Notes: generated by a model from the letters alone, not told the origin. Counted from the first letter of the stretch, positions 41,729 through 54,092 are shown. The stretch: 64,000 nucleotides of DNA from an uncultured Deinococcaceae bacterium (GCA_964252075.1 CAXULY010000007.1:32001-96000), one strand, 5' to 3'. Numbers and translations are program-made.

Positions 41729-42660
41729 CAGCGCACCTCGCCTTCGTAGAACACCCAGCGTTTCGAGAGCGCGAGCTGCAGGCCCGTGATGAGCAGCGTG
41801 ATGAGCAGCAGAATCCAGGCCATGGCGCTCGCGTACCCCATCTTCAGGTTCGTGAACGCGGTGTTCCACATGTACAGGCCGTAGAAGAGCGTGCTGTCAC
41901 TCGGGCCGCCCTTCCCGCCGTCCGACACGATGAGCGCCGCCGACCAGAACTGCAGCGCCGCGATGAGGCCCACCACCACCTTGAAGAAGATGACGGGCGA
42001 GATCATGGGCATCGTGATGCGGCGAAACATCACCCAGGGCCCCGCGCCGTCCAGCTGCGCGCTCTCGTACAGTTCCTTCGGGACGCCCCTGAGGGCCGCG
42101 AGGTAGAACAGGTACCCGCCCACCGCGCCCCACCCGCTGATGATGATGAGCGCGGGTTTCGCCCACGCGGGGTCCGCGAACCACAGGGGCGGCTGCTGCA
42201 CCCCGAGCAGGTACAGGAAGCGGTTCACGATGCCCGCCTGCGGGTTAAAGACCCACAGCCACAGCAGCAGCACCGCGACGCCCGTCAGCACCTGCGGCAG
42301 GAAGAACACCGTGCGGAAGACGCGCTGGCCGGGCACGTCCTGGTTCAGCAGCACCGCCGTCGCGAGGCCCACCGCGACGCCCAGCGGCACCGCGAACAGG
42401 GTGTACAGCCCGGAGTTCGCGAGCGCCGTCCAGAAGCGCGAGTCCTGCGTGAAGAGCTCCACGTAGTTGCGCAGGCCCACCCAGTTGAAGCGCGACGTCA
42501 CGTCGTAATCCGTGAAGCTCGCGTACAGGGAGAACAGCATGGGGCCGGCGGTGAAGGCCAGGAACCCGATGATCCACGGCGCGACGAAAATCAGGCCCCA
42601 GATGGCCTCGCGCTGCCGCATGCCCAGCAGGCGCCGGGCGGGCGCGGGCGCGCGGCTCAC
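41728..42660 (-). CDS. Carbohydrate ABC permease
   Basis: WVGLRNY, ELYESAQLDGA, MGYASAMAW. Confidence 0.93.
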   Translation of the reverse strand: MSRAPAPARRLLGMRQREAIWGLIFVAPWIIGFLAFTAGPMLFSLYASFTDYDVTSRFNWVGLRNYVELFTQDSRFWTALANSGLYTLFAVPLGVAVGLATAVLLNQDVPGQRVFRTVFFLPQVLTGVAVLLLWLWVFNPQAGIVNRFLYLLGVQQPPLWFADPAWAKPALIIISGWGAVGGYLFYLAALRGVPKELYESAQLDGAGPWVMFRRITMPMISPVIFFKVVVGLIAALQFWSAALIVSDGGKGGPSDSTLFYGLYMWNTAFTNLKMGYASAMAWILLLITLLITGLQLALSKRWVFYEGEVR

Positions 42661-42751
42661 GCGGCACCCCTCACGCCCGTGAAGGCGGCAGGGGGCGCCG
42701 GCCGCCCGGCCCGCACCCCCTCCGCCCGAATGCACTCAGGCGAGAGCCCGT

Positions 42752-43990
42752 TCATCGGCGGTTCTGGTCCACCAGCCGCTGCACCTGGGCCTGCGCGTCA
42801 TCCAGCGCCTTCTTCGGGTCGGCGCCCTGGTTCGTGACGGCGTCCACAGCCTTGTCCACGAAGCTGCCGTAGTCCGGCGCGTAGGTCGGGGACGGGTTGA
42901 CGGCAGTGTACTTGATGTTGTTCACCATCATCTTGAACACCGGGTCGTCGTTGCCGGCGGCGGCGCTGCGCGCGGCGGGGAAGTCATTCTGCTCGCGCGC
43001 CCAGACTTTCGCGCCTTCCGTCGCCATGTACCGCGCGAAGGCGTACGCCTCCTTGGGGTGCTTGCTGCCGTACGGCACCTCCAAGTTGAAGCCGCCGCCC
43101 CACGTCATGGTGGGGTTCGGGCGCCCGTTCTGGGTGGGGACGCGCGCCACGCCGTAATTCAGGTTCGGCGCGTACTTCTTGATGGTGGCGGCGTAGGTGC
43201 CGGCCTCCACCTGCATGGCGAGGCGCCCGCTGATGAAGGGGTCCTGCGCGCCCGACCCGAAGCCGCTCTTGAAGGCCGCGACGTTGCGCGCGCCCAGGCG
43301 GTCCGACCAGCTCTTCAGCCACGTGAGGGTCTTCAGCGCCACTGGGTTGTTGATCTGCGGGTTCTCGAACTTCGCGTCCCACAGGCTGCTGCCGGCGTTC
43401 TGCACCCAGCCCTCGTACCCGAAGGCGCCGAACAGCGGGTAGAAGCCGACGCGCTGGTAGTTCGGACCGGCCTTCTGGTCGAGCTTCTTCGCGACGGTCT
43501 CCAGCTGCGCCCAGGTGGTGGGGGGCTTGTTCGGGTCGAGGCCCGCCTGCTTGAAGATGTCCTTGTTGTAATACAGGAAGCGCACTTCCGTCACGAACGG
43601 CAGCGCGTACTGGTCACCCTGGTACGTGCCGATGGACCACAGGTTCGGGAAGAAGCTGGCCTTCAGCTGGTTCGCGCCGAGCGGCGTGAGGTCGGTCGCC
43701 TGCTTCTTTGCGGCGCGGATGGCGGTCGTGCGGATGTCGATGACCACCACGTCCGGCGGGTTGCCGGCCGCGACGGACGCGAGCGTCTTGGTGGGCAGCT
43801 GATCGAAGGGCACGAAGGTGTACTTCACCTGAACGTCCGGGTGCGCCTTGTTCCAGGTGTCAATGATTTTGTTGATGGTGGGGCGCCGCTGCTCGGACCC
43901 CCAGTGCGCCCAGAACTGCAGGGTGACGCCCTGCGCGCCAGCCACGCCCAACAGGCCAAGACCCAGCGCCACGATGTTTCTCGTCCGCAT
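42752..43990 (-). CDS. Carbohydrate ABC substrate-binding protein
   Basis: Signal peptide, YALPF, LYYNKDIFKQAGL, PPTTW; AAGGAG RBS. Confidence 0.92.
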   Translation of the reverse strand: MRTRNIVALGLGLLGVAGAQGVTLQFWAHWGSEQRRPTINKIIDTWNKAHPDVQVKYTFVPFDQLPTKTLASVAAGNPPDVVVIDIRTTAIRAAKKQATDLTPLGANQLKASFFPNLWSIGTYQGDQYALPFVTEVRFLYYNKDIFKQAGLDPNKPPTTWAQLETVAKKLDQKAGPNYQRVGFYPLFGAFGYEGWVQNAGSSLWDAKFENPQINNPVALKTLTWLKSWSDRLGARNVAAFKSGFGSGAQDPFISGRLAMQVEAGTYAATIKKYAPNLNYGVARVPTQNGRPNPTMTWGGGFNLEVPYGSKHPKEAYAFARYMATEGAKVWAREQNDFPAARSAAAGNDDPVFKMMVNNIKYTAVNPSPTYAPDYGSFVDKAVDAVTNQGADPKKALDDAQAQVQRLVDQNRR

Positions 43991-44140
43991 ATGTGCTCCT
44001 TTGCGTACCGATGAGGTTGGAAAAAAACCGGCAAGGCCGGATGGTGGTCAGCCTAGCGGGTCCAGGGGCACTTCTTCCTGCGATTCAGACGAAGCCCGAA
44101 GCTGAAAATTCTCATGCCACCCTTGCGCGGGCGTAAAACT

Positions 44141-44728
44141 TCATGAAGGCTCGCTGAGCTGAAGTTGCTCCATGCCCGCCCAGTACGCCAGCAGCAGGCA
44201 CACGCCCGCCACCGCCCAGAGGGTCTTGAAGACCGTGGCCAGCAGCGCCAGGGCCAGCACGGGCAGCGCGCCCAGCAGGGCGTACCCGGGCGCGCGCATG
44301 ACCCGGCCAGCCCCCAGCGCGAAGGCGCGCGCGGCGGGCGCGCCGCCCGCCATGGCGGCCAGCCAGTACGGCTGCACCGCCAGCCACAGCAGGGCCGCCA
44401 GCAGCAGCAGCACCAGCGCCAGCGCCTGCCCGAAGGGCGGCAGCACGCGCGGCCAGTACAGCACGTTGCTCACCCACACGAAGAGTGCCAGCAGCCACCA
44501 CAACCCCCACACCGTGCCCGGCCACCACAGGCGCCGCGCGAGCGGCCCCACGTCCCGGCGGGAGGCGGCGGGCGCGCGCAGCCACGCGAAGGCCGTGAGG
44601 GTCGCGGCGCCCAGCGTCACGAGCGGCCACACGCACACCAGCCACAGCACATTCGCCAGCATGAGTTGCGGCAGGCGCCGGAAGAGTTCCGGGATCAGGG
44701 CACGCCAGGCGCGCAGGGCGAACAGCAC
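44141..44728 (-). CDS. Membrane protein (YesL/DUF624-like)
   Basis: NVLWLVC.PLVTLGAA motif, hydrophobic, next to a sugar ABC operon; TAGGCT-N6-GTG. Confidence 0.65.
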   Translation of the reverse strand: MLFALRAWRALIPELFRRLPQLMLANVLWLVCVWPLVTLGAATLTAFAWLRAPAASRRDVGPLARRLWWPGTVWGLWWLLALFVWVSNVLYWPRVLPPFGQALALVLLLLAALLWLAVQPYWLAAMAGGAPAARAFALGAGRVMRAPGYALLGALPVLALALLATVFKTLWAVAGVCLLLAYWAGMEQLQLSEPS

Positions 44729-44814
44729 CCCCCCAGCCTAGAGCGGCGGCGGCGCGCGCGTCAGGGGGTCCGCTCGCGGCTGCGGCGCACTGGGCGCTCT
44801 GCTACAATGGCCGC

Positions 44815-44871
44815 ATGAGCTCGCCCTTCAGCATGTTCAACATGATGATGCGAATGTCCCCCGCCCGGTAG
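44815..44871 (+). CDS. Met-rich leader peptide MSSPFSMFNMMMRMSPAR
   Basis: 6 of 18 codons are ATG (three in tandem); TGnTACAAT extended -10 box 6 nt upstream; directly 5' of metG. Confidence 0.85.
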   Translation: MSSPFSMFNMMMRMSPAR

Positions 44872-44915
44872 CAGTGATGACCAGGGTGGGGGCGCGGGTG
44901 CGCCCCCGCTTTTTT
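44858..44915 (+). terminator. Attenuator: intrinsic terminator with an alternative antiterminator pairing
   Basis: GGGGGCGC-GGGT-GCGCCCCC then T6; CCCCCGCCCGG (44858-44868) can alternatively pair with CCAGGGTGGGGG (44881-44892). Confidence 0.8.
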
Positions 44916-44955
44916 GCGTGCTGACCTATGCTGAGCGCTGATGAGGAGTTCGGAC

Positions 44956-46920
44956 ATGACCAGAGAGCCGTTTTACATCACGACCGCCATTGACTATGCC
45001 AACGGCGAGCCGCACATCGGGCACCTCTATGAAAAAATCCTGACGGACGCCATCGCCCGCTACCACCGCCTCGCCGGGTACGAGACGTACTTCCTCACGG
45101 GCACCGACGAGCACGGCGAGAAGATCGCGAAGGCCGCCGCGAAGGCCGGGCAGACGCCGCAGGCTTTCGTGGACGACCTGAGCCTGCGCGCCTTCAAGGG
45201 CCTGTGGGACGCCGCGGAACTCAGTTACGACGACTTCATCCGCACCACCGAGCACCGCCACAAGAAGTACGTCTCGGAGATCCTGCAGCGCGTGTACGAC
45301 GCGGGCGACATCTACTTCGCGGAGTACGAGGGCCTGTACAGCGTGGGCGCCGAACGCTACGTGACGGACAAGGAACTCGTGGAGGGCCCGGATGGCGTGC
45401 GGCGCTTCCCTGGCGACAAGGACCCGCCCGAGGTGCGGCGCGAGGCGAATTACTTCTTCCGCATGGAGAAGTACCAGGGCTGGCTGCTGGAGCACCTGCA
45501 GCAGAACCCCGCCTTCATCCAGCCGACCGGGTACCGCAACGAGGTGCTGGAGATGCTGCGCGAACCCATCGGGGACCTCAGCATCTCGCGCCCCAAGTCG
45601 CGCGTGCCGTGGGGCATCGAGCTGCCCTGGGACCCGGACCACGTGACGTACGTGTGGTTCGACGCGCTCCTCAATTACGTCTCCGGCCCGGTCAGCCGGA
45701 GCCGCGGGAACCTCTTCGAGCACGCGTGGCACGTGATCGGCAAGGACATCCTGAAGCCGCACGCGGTGTTCTGGCCCACCATGCTGCGCGCCGCCGGGCT
45801 GCCGCTGTTCGAGAAGCTGGTGGTGCACGCGCACATCCTCGCGGAGGACGGCCGCAAGATGGGCAAGAGCCTCGGGAACGCCATTGACCCCGCGCAGCTC
45901 CTCGCGGACTGGGGGGCGGACACCGTGCGTTACACCCTGCTGCGCGAGACGACGCTCGGCGCGGACAGCCCCTACGGCGAGGGCATCCTGCGCGCGCGCC
46001 TGGAGAGCGACCTCGCGAACGACCTGGGGAACCTGCTGTCGCGCACCCTCAGCATGGTCGTGAAGTACCGCGGCGGCGTGGTGCCGCAGGCCACCGACAT
46101 CGGCGCGCGCGAGCACGCCATCGAGGCGCGCGCCCTCGCGCTGCCCGCCGAGGTGCTGGGCCTCGTGCGCGACCTGAAGCTCAATGTCGCGCTCGACACC
46201 GCGATGGGCTTCGTGCGCGACCTGAACCGCTACATCGCGGAGAGCCGCCCCTGGGACCTCGCGAAGGACGACGCCCTGGCGGGCAAGCTGGACGCCGTGC
46301 TGTACACCGCCATCGAGGGCCTGCGCGCCGCGAGCGTGCTGCTGGAACCCGTGATTCCCGCGAAGGCCGCCGAGCTGCGCGCGCAGCTCGGCCTGAGCGG
46401 GCAGCGGTACACGCTGACGGGCAGCTGGGGCCTCACGCCGCCCGGCACGCGCGTGCAGCCCGGCAGCGTGCTGTTCCCCAAACCCGACGATCAGACGAAG
46501 AAAGAGGACCGCAAAGCCGTGACCACCGAAACGCAGACCGCCACCCCGAACGCCGCCCAGGCGAGCGACGTGAAACCCGCCGAAGTCAGCACGCCCCTCA
46601 TCAGCATCGACGACTTCGCGCGCGTGGACCTGCGCATCGTGGAGGTCGTGGCCGCCGAGGCGGTCGAGAAGGCCGACAAACTCCTGAAACTCACGGTCCG
46701 CCTCGGGGACGAGACGCGCACCGTGGTGAGCGGCATCCGCAAGTGGTTCGCGCCGGAGGACCTCGTGGGCCGCAAGGTGGTGCTCGTCGCGAACCTCAAG
46801 CCCGCCAAGCTGCGCGGCATCGAGAGCCAGGGCATGATCCTGGCCGCCGAGGACAGCGAGGGGAACCTCGACCTGCTCGGCACGCAGCTGGACCTGCCGA
46901 GCGGCACCCAGGTGCGGTAA
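44956..46920 (+). CDS. metG: Methionyl-tRNA synthetase with C-terminal tRNA-binding domain
   Basis: [42 protein letters not shown]. Confidence 0.97.
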   Translation: MTREPFYITTAIDYANGEPHIGHLYEKILTDAIARYHRLAGYETYFLTGTDEHGEKIAKAAAKAGQTPQAFVDDLSLRAFKGLWDAAELSYDDFIRTTEHRHKKYVSEILQRVYDAGDIYFAEYEGLYSVGAERYVTDKELVEGPDGVRRFPGDKDPPEVRREANYFFRMEKYQGWLLEHLQQNPAFIQPTGYRNEVLEMLREPIGDLSISRPKSRVPWGIELPWDPDHVTYVWFDALLNYVSGPVSRSRGNLFEHAWHVIGKDILKPHAVFWPTMLRAAGLPLFEKLVVHAHILAEDGRKMGKSLGNAIDPAQLLADWGADTVRYTLLRETTLGADSPYGEGILRARLESDLANDLGNLLSRTLSMVVKYRGGVVPQATDIGAREHAIEARALALPAEVLGLVRDLKLNVALDTAMGFVRDLNRYIAESRPWDLAKDDALAGKLDAVLYTAIEGLRAASVLLEPVIPAKAAELRAQLGLSGQRYTLTGSWGLTPPGTRVQPGSVLFPKPDDQTKKEDRKAVTTETQTATPNAAQASDVKPAEVSTPLISIDDFARVDLRIVEVVAAEAVEKADKLLKLTVRLGDETRTVVSGIRKWFAPEDLVGRKVVLVANLKPAKLRGIESQGMILAAEDSEGNLDLLGTQLDLPSGTQVR

Positions 46921-46999
46921 GGAGAACCCGCGTTTCGCCAAGCCAGGGGCCCTCATGCCGGGGGCCCCTGTTGCGTTGGCCCTCCGTGGACCCTGCCGC

Positions 47000-47908
47000 T
47001 CAGGGCGCGAGCACCGCCGTGAGGAGGTGCATCAGGTGCCAGGCCGCCTGACCGTCCAGATCGCGGTCCGGGTCGTAGATGGTGACGTTCAGGCCCGCGA
47101 CCAGCCCGGAGCGCAGCACGGCGCGCAAGGCCACGGTGGCCTCCGCGGTCCACAGGCCGTCCGGCTGCGGGGCGTCCACGGCGGGCATCTGCGCGTGGTG
47201 CAGCACGTCGGCATCGAGGTGCAGCCAGATGCGGTCCAGGCCCTGACGCGCGAAGCGTTCCAGGGCGACCTCGGCGGCGCCCTCCGCGCCGAGCGTGCGG
47301 ATGGTCTGGAGGTCGAGCAGGGTCATGTCCGCGTCGCGCGGGTCGGGCAGCCCGGCGGCGCGGCGGGCCTCGCCGTCGCGCGGGCCGAACAGCACCACGT
47401 CCTGCGGTTGAATCAGCGGCGGTGGATGGACGGCGCTGATGACGGGCAGGTGCCCACGCGTGACGAACCACAGGTCCATGCCGGCCAGCCCGCCCGTCTG
47501 CGACTGCTCCGGCGGCCAGTCGTCGGTGTGCCCGTCGCAGAACAGCAGCCCGAAGCGCCCGCGCTGGCGCAGGGCCAGCGCGACGCCCTGCAGCACGCTG
47601 CAGTCGCCGCCCAGCACGATGGGGCGAAAGCCTGCGTCCAGCGTCTCGCGGAGCCGCCCGGCGAGCGCCAGCGCGTAGGTCTGCACCGCCGCGGCGTTCA
47701 GCGCGTTCGTGTCCGGTTCGCGCTGCGCGGCGTACGCGGTGGGGGCGGGGAGCGTCCCGGCGTCGTGGGCGTTCAGGGCGTCCAGCAGCCCCAGGCGCCG
47801 CAGGGTGGCGGGCAGACGAGCCACGCCGGGCACGACCTCTGGCCGGTCGCGGCGCAGGCCGAGTGTCAGTGGGGCGTCCAGCACGGAGTACCGGATGGGC
47901 GCGTTCAC
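47000..47908 (-). CDS. Arginase-family protein
   Basis: [25 protein letters not shown]. Confidence 0.85.
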   Translation of the reverse strand: MNAPIRYSVLDAPLTLGLRRDRPEVVPGVARLPATLRRLGLLDALNAHDAGTLPAPTAYAAQREPDTNALNAAAVQTYALALAGRLRETLDAGFRPIVLGGDCSVLQGVALALRQRGRFGLLFCDGHTDDWPPEQSQTGGLAGMDLWFVTRGHLPVISAVHPPPLIQPQDVVLFGPRDGEARRAAGLPDPRDADMTLLDLQTIRTLGAEGAAEVALERFARQGLDRIWLHLDADVLHHAQMPAVDAPQPDGLWTAEATVALRAVLRSGLVAGLNVTIYDPDRDLDGQAAWHLMHLLTAVLAP

Positions 47909-47918
47909 CCCGGCGCCA

Positions 47919-49376
47919 TCACGTCCGCGTGAGGACCAGCGCGCCGCGCGCGGGCACCGTGAAGGCCGCCGCGTCGCCCAGCTCGTGTCGGCGGTCGGTG
48001 AGGGCGTCCAGGTAACAGCCGGGCTCCAGGCCCGTCAGGTAGAGGTTCTGCGGGTACAGCGCGGTGTTCATGAGCACGTACGCGACGTCGTCGTCGCAGG
48101 TGCGGCGGTACGCGAGGAGGTCGCTCTCGGCGCGCAGCACCTCGAAGGCCCCGCGCCGCAGGGCGGCGCTGCCGTGCCGGGCGCGCGTGAGGCGGCGCGT
48201 GAGGTCCAGCGTTCCCTCATCCCAGGTGTCGGGCCGCGCCCACGGGAAGGCGCGGCGGCAGTCCGGGTCGGGGCCGCCCACAAGGCCCACCTCGTCGCCG
48301 TAGTAGATGCAGGGCGCGCCCACGTACGTCATCTGGAACACCGTGGCGAGGCGGTACGCGCTGGCGTCCCCGCCCACCGCCGTGATGAAGCGCGCGGTGT
48401 CGTGCGAGTCCAGCAGGTTCAGCTGCGCCTGCGCGATCTGCGGGTGGTGCGTGCGCGCCACGTCCGTCATGCGCGCCGCGAACTGCTCGACCGTCATGGG
48501 GTCCACGCGCCCCGTGCCGCTCGCCTCGTTCATGCGGTGGTCGAGGGTGTGCGCGCCGAAGTACGCGAGGCACGGGCGGGTGAAGGGGTAATTCATGACG
48601 GCGTCGAACTGGTCGCCCGCCAGCCAGCGCGAGGCGTCCCCCCAGATCTCCCCCACGATGTACGCGTCCGGGTTCACGGCCTTCACGCGGCGGCGGAACT
48701 CCCGCCAGAAGGCGTCGTCGTCAATTTCGTTCGGCACGTCGAGGCGCCAGCCGTCAATGCCGAAGCGCACCCAGCGCTCCGCGACGTCCAGCAGGAACGC
48801 GCGCACGGCGGGGGTGTTTGTGTTGAACTTCGGGAGGGCGCGGTTCCCCCACCACCCCAGGTAATTCGCGGGCTGCGCAGCGTCGTACGGGGAGAGCGGC
48901 CAGCCCTGCACGTGGAACCAGTCCACGTAGGCGCTGTCCCGGCCGTTCTCGAGGATGTCGTTGAACTGGAAGAAGCCGCGCGAGGCGTGGTTGAACACGC
49001 CGTCCAGCACCACGCGCAGGCCGCGCGCGTGCGCGAGGTCAAGGAGTTCCCGCAGCGCCTCGTTGCCGCCCAGCATGGGGTCCACGAGGTGGTAGTCGTG
49101 CGTGTGGTAGCGGTGGTTGCTGGCGGACTGGAAGACCGGGCAGAAGTAGATGGCGTTCACGCCGAGCGACTGGATGTGGTCCAGGTGCTCCGCGACGCCC
49201 AGCAGGTCGCCGCCCTGGTAGCCGTGCGGGGTGGGGAGTTCACCCCAGTCCTGCAGGTGGCTGGCCTTCGGCACGCGGTCCGAGCGCGCGAAGCGGTCGG
49301 GGAAGATCTGGTAGAACACCGCGTCCTTCACCCAGTCGGGCGTGCGGACCTCAGCTTCGTTCGGGGCGGGCGTCAT
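47919..49376 (-). CDS. GH13 alpha-amylase/neopullulanase-like enzyme
   Basis: [36 protein letters not shown]. Confidence 0.93.
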   Translation of the reverse strand: MTPAPNEAEVRTPDWVKDAVFYQIFPDRFARSDRVPKASHLQDWGELPTPHGYQGGDLLGVAEHLDHIQSLGVNAIYFCPVFQSASNHRYHTHDYHLVDPMLGGNEALRELLDLAHARGLRVVLDGVFNHASRGFFQFNDILENGRDSAYVDWFHVQGWPLSPYDAAQPANYLGWWGNRALPKFNTNTPAVRAFLLDVAERWVRFGIDGWRLDVPNEIDDDAFWREFRRRVKAVNPDAYIVGEIWGDASRWLAGDQFDAVMNYPFTRPCLAYFGAHTLDHRMNEASGTGRVDPMTVEQFAARMTDVARTHHPQIAQAQLNLLDSHDTARFITAVGGDASAYRLATVFQMTYVGAPCIYYGDEVGLVGGPDPDCRRAFPWARPDTWDEGTLDLTRRLTRARHGSAALRRGAFEVLRAESDLLAYRRTCDDDVAYVLMNTALYPQNLYLTGLEPGCYLDALTDRRHELGDAAAFTVPARGALVLTRT

Positions 49377-50695
49377 TCATGAGAGTCTAGCGTCCGGCGC
49401 GCCCACCAGTCCCGCACCCACGCGCGCGCCTCATCGGGCGTACCGAGGTCCCCCAGGGCGCGCGCCTCCGCCACGCCGTGCAGCGCCTCCCCCACCAGCG
49501 GTCCGGGCGGCACGCCCAGCAGCGCCATCACGTCCTCGCCGCGCAGCAGCGGCTCGGGCGCGCGGGGCTGCTCCTCCAGCGCCTCCAGCACCCGGCTGAT
49601 GGCCTGCTGGTACGCGAGGCGCCCGGCGGCGCTGGACTGCGGGCCGCGCCCCGCCTCGCGGTCCGCCAGCATCAGGCGCAGCAGGTCCGGCAGCAGGGCG
49701 CGGCGGCGGTGCGCGAAGCGCCGCGCCTCGCGCTCCCCAGCGGGGAGCGGCACCATGTGCGCCGAGATGAGGGCCGCGGCGCGCTCCACGAGCGCCTCCG
49801 GTTCACGCAGCCGCCGCAGCAGGCCGCGCGCCATCTCGGCGCCCACCTTGTCGTGGCCGTAAAAGCGGGTGTAGCCGCGCCCATCCTCGTCCGGCATGGC
49901 GGTGCGGGGCTTGCCGAGGTCGTGCAGCAGGGTCGCCCAGCGCAGCGTGAGGTCCGCGTCCGGGAAGCGCGCGAGCAGCTGGTGCAGCGCCTCCACCCCA
50001 TGATGAAAGACGTCGAGGTGATGAAAGCCGCCCTGGTGCACGCCGATGCCCTCGCGCAGCTCGGGCAGGTACAGGGCGAGCAGGCCCAGGTGCTCCAGGC
50101 GCAGGACGCCCCGCGCGGCGTTCGCGTGCAGCATGAGGGCGTTCAGCTCGTCACGGACGCGCTCCCAGGCAGGCAGCGGCAATCCCGCGTGCGCGAGGCG
50201 CCGGACGGCGGCCTCGGTGTCCCGCTCGATGCGGAAGCCCAGCGTGACGCTCAGCCGCGCGGCGCGCAGCAGGCGCAGCGGGTCCTCGCGCAGGTTCGCC
50301 TCGCTCAGCATGCGGAGCTGACGGGCGCGCAGGTCCCGCAGGCCGCCCAGCGGGTCCGTGACGAGGCCGTCCGGCCCGACCGCGAGGGCGTTCACGGTGA
50401 AGTCGCGCCGCGCAAGGTCCGCCTCCAGGCTGCCGTGCAGCGGCACGAAGTCATGCTGGACGCCGCCCGCCGCCACCACCCGCCAGTGCCCGCGCGCAGC
50501 GTCCAGCGGGAAGGCGCTGCCGCCCACGCGCGCGGCGAGGTCGCGCGCGACGCCCTCCGGGTCCGGGGTGAGCCAGTCCAGGTCCTTCGGGACCGCGCCG
50601 CGCAGCAGGTCGCGCGCCGCGCCGCCCACCAGCCACGCGCCCGGCGGCCGGGGGTCCAGGACCTCCAGCTTCAGGCGCGGGACGCGGCGGAACAT
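49373..50695 (-). CDS. tRNA nucleotidyltransferase with HD domain (probably CC-adding)
   Basis: [34 protein letters not shown]. Confidence 0.88.
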   Translation of the reverse strand: MFRRVPRLKLEVLDPRPPGAWLVGGAARDLLRGAVPKDLDWLTPDPEGVARDLAARVGGSAFPLDAARGHWRVVAAGGVQHDFVPLHGSLEADLARRDFTVNALAVGPDGLVTDPLGGLRDLRARQLRMLSEANLREDPLRLLRAARLSVTLGFRIERDTEAAVRRLAHAGLPLPAWERVRDELNALMLHANAARGVLRLEHLGLLALYLPELREGIGVHQGGFHHLDVFHHGVEALHQLLARFPDADLTLRWATLLHDLGKPRTAMPDEDGRGYTRFYGHDKVGAEMARGLLRRLREPEALVERAAALISAHMVPLPAGEREARRFAHRRRALLPDLLRLMLADREAGRGPQSSAAGRLAYQQAISRVLEALEEQPRAPEPLLRGEDVMALLGVPPGPLVGEALHGVAEARALGDLGTPDEARAWVRDWWARRTLDSHE

Positions 50696-50717
50696 GCTGA
50701 GCGTGTAGGGCGGGCCG

Positions 50718-50978
50718 TCACTCGATGGCGGCGGCCGCCTCGCTCACCGCGTCACCCGGCGAGAGGGCCACCCCGAACTCCTCCGCCGCGTGCACGATGC
50801 GCCGCGCCGCCTCGCGCCGCGCGCCCGCCCCACCGAAGTGCGTCTGCGCGAAGCGCGCCACGGCGTTTCGCACGTGCGCCTCGTCGTGAATGGGCAGGTG
50901 CCGCCCGCCGTGGTCATCCACGAACGCGAAGTCGCGGTCCTGCAGGTGCTCGCGCTGCGATTCACTGAGTTCAGCCAT
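50718..50978 (-). CDS. Small hypothetical protein (DUF6582-like)
   Basis: L...R..L...DFAF...[24 protein letters not shown]. Confidence 0.7.
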   Translation of the reverse strand: MAELSESQREHLQDRDFAFVDDHGGRHLPIHDEAHVRNAVARFAQTHFGGAGARREAARRIVHAAEEFGVALSPGDAVSEAAAAIE

Positions 50979-51096
50979 GCCCTGTCCTCCCTGCACCGAG
51001 CGTCCGGCGCGCCCCTGAGCTGCGCATGAGGGCGGGCTGGGCGCGCCTTCGTGACCCGCGACCAATGCGTGGGCGCGTGCGGGGGTAGAAGAAGGG

Positions 51097-52122
<1,026 letters not shown>

Positions 52123-52189
52123 GCGCAGGTCCGGGTGGCGCGCCACCCGGACCTCACCCGTCACGACCCTGAGCTTCCCGGTGGAGAGT

Positions 52190-53134
52190 TCACTCCGCGC
52201 TGGGTGGCTGCGTCTGCTCCAGCGTCAGCGCCTCGCGCGTGACGGCGCGGCGCGCCTCCAGCCACTCGTGCACGCCGCGCTGCGTCACCACGAACACGAA
52301 GCCGTCCGCGGGGTCCGCCTCAATCAGCAGGCCGCGCAGGTCCAGGTCATCGTCACGCAGGTCCCGCACCACCCGCGCCTGCCCCTCGAAGGTCGCGCGC
52401 ACGTGCGCGAGGTTCGTCGCGAGGAGGTGCAGCGCCGCCACCTCACCCGCCTGGTGCTGCGCGGGCTGCCACGGCCGCCCGAACAGGGCTCCAGCGGCGT
52501 CCGGGGTGAGCCACGTCGCCGTGTGCGGCCCAAGCTCGAAGCGCGCCGCGGTGCCGGGCAGCGCGATCAGGGCGCTCGGCGCCAGGAAGTCCCGCCACTG
52601 TTCCGCCCGCACCTGTGGGTCCGGCGTCACGAACAGCGCGCCCTGCACGGCGTACAGCCCGTTGGGGTGCACGCGCACCCGCAGGCGGTCCGGGTTGCTG
52701 CGGTGGTACGTGATGATGGACGCCTCGATGCCCGCGAGGACCTGCGGGATCGGCTGGAAACTCCACACCGGGCCGCCCTGCGGGTCGTCCACGCGCGCCT
52801 TCTGAATCACGTCCGGCAGGGCGTACCCGCGCGCCGCCCGGTCCTCATGCAAACCCTGCGGGTCCGACGTGTGAAACAGGATGGAGTACGGCCGGTGCGC
52901 GTCACGCAGGTCGCGCAGGGCCGCGCCGCCCGCCGCGAAGGCCGCCTCGTCCTCCACCCACGCGAACTCCAGGTACTCCGGCCCGAAACGCAGGAAGGCG
53001 TTGCGCAGGCCCGGCTCGTGCCGCACCGTTCCGGCATTCACGTCGAATCCCAGGCGGCGGTACGCCTCCACGTGAGCCTCGACGCTGGGGGCCTCCACGA
53101 AGGAGATGAAGTGATCGAAGCGCAGGTCCGTCAT
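52190..53134 (-). CDS. VOC/glyoxalase-like protein
   Basis: FDH, LGF..GT.H..G..NA.L.FG..YLE, HPNG. Confidence 0.75.
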   Translation of the reverse strand: MTDLRFDHFISFVEAPSVEAHVEAYRRLGFDVNAGTVRHEPGLRNAFLRFGPEYLEFAWVEDEAAFAAGGAALRDLRDAHRPYSILFHTSDPQGLHEDRAARGYALPDVIQKARVDDPQGGPVWSFQPIPQVLAGIEASIITYHRSNPDRLRVRVHPNGLYAVQGALFVTPDPQVRAEQWRDFLAPSALIALPGTAARFELGPHTATWLTPDAAGALFGRPWQPAQHQAGEVAALHLLATNLAHVRATFEGQARVVRDLRDDDLDLRGLLIEADPADGFVFVVTQRGVHEWLEARRAVTREALTLEQTQPPSAE

Positions 53135-53301
53135 GCCGCCGAGCCTAACACTCCGCAGGCGCGCGCGCGCCTCATGAAGGGACGCCGGGCGCCGCCTCAC
53201 CTGACCGTCAACTCAGGCCCGCGCCGCATTCATGCAGCTGCCCCGTAAGCCGCATGAACGCCCCCCACACTGGAAAGACCAGAAACACGGAGGAACACAC
53301 C

Positions 53302-53532
53302 ATGCAATGCCTGTGCAGATGGATTCCAGGGACGATGGATCAGGTGCGCGTCACCAGCGGCGACCTCACCGCGCAGTTCAGTCTCGGCGAAGTCGTGATC
53401 GTGCTGGGCTCCAAGGCCGTCAACGACCTGTACCTCAAGGGACGCGCGGACGTGTCCCTCACCCAGCCACTCGCGTGGCCCCTCTCCCGCAAGCACGACC
53501 AGCGCTACCTGCGCAGCGTCCTGCCCGCCTGA
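53302..53532 (+). CDS. Small hypothetical protein
   Basis: GGAGG RBS, host-like codon usage, 76 aa. Confidence 0.7.
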   Translation: MQCLCRWIPGTMDQVRVTSGDLTAQFSLGEVVIVLGSKAVNDLYLKGRADVSLTQPLAWPLSRKHDQRYLRSVLPA

Positions 53533-53546
53533 CCCCCAAGGTGACC

Positions 53547-53792
53547 ATGAAACGACACGCCCGCACGGCCCTCCTCACCCTGTGCTTCGCCCTCCTGACC
53601 ACGCCCGCCCTCGCACAGGGCGACACGAGCGGCGCCCCTGGCCCGGACGGCTCCTCCCAGAGCGGCGGCGTGGTCGGTGAGTACAACGGCAACAACAGCA
53701 GCTCCTACTGGGGCTTGCTGGGCCTCCTCGGCCTGCTAGGCCTCATGCCCCGCCGCGCGCGCGGCACCGACACCACCCGCGCCCGCACCTGA
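53547..53792 (+). CDS. Small secreted protein with WGxxGxxG C-terminal motif
   Basis: Signal peptide (PALA/Q), G/S-rich middle, YWGLLGLLGLLGLMPRR. Confidence 0.8.
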   Translation: MKRHARTALLTLCFALLTTPALAQGDTSGAPGPDGSSQSGGVVGEYNGNNSSSYWGLLGLLGLLGLMPRRARGTDTTRART

Positions 53793-53844
53793 CCACGGGA
53801 CAAACAGAGGCCGCCAGACTCTCTCCGGCGCTCACTGTCTTGGC

Positions 53845-53889
<45 letters not shown>

Positions 53890-54019
53890 AGGCCCCTTCA
53901 CTTGTATGGGTACGTTTATGCATGAGGGCTCTGCTCAGGTATTTTAGCTCACACACGATAAATTCACTGGCCTCCTGGTAACCCATATACATTCATGGCA
54001 AGGGATGCATTCGCACCTA

Positions 54020-54082
54020 TAGCGCACCCGTAGCGCACGAGCAGCGCATGCGCTACAGCCGCTTGTGTTGGGACGTGCGCTA
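54020..54082. repeat. TAGCGCAC repeats (candidate integrase arm sites)
   Basis: Direct copies at 54020, 54031 and 54042 (11-bp period); inverted copies at 54048 and 54075. Confidence 0.6.
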
Positions 54083-54092
54083 AAATAGCGGC

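Noticed and set aside
44760..44956. T-box upstream of metG
   Set aside because: No GGTGGnACC(G/A)CG T-box sequence or stem I motifs, and the leader is too short.
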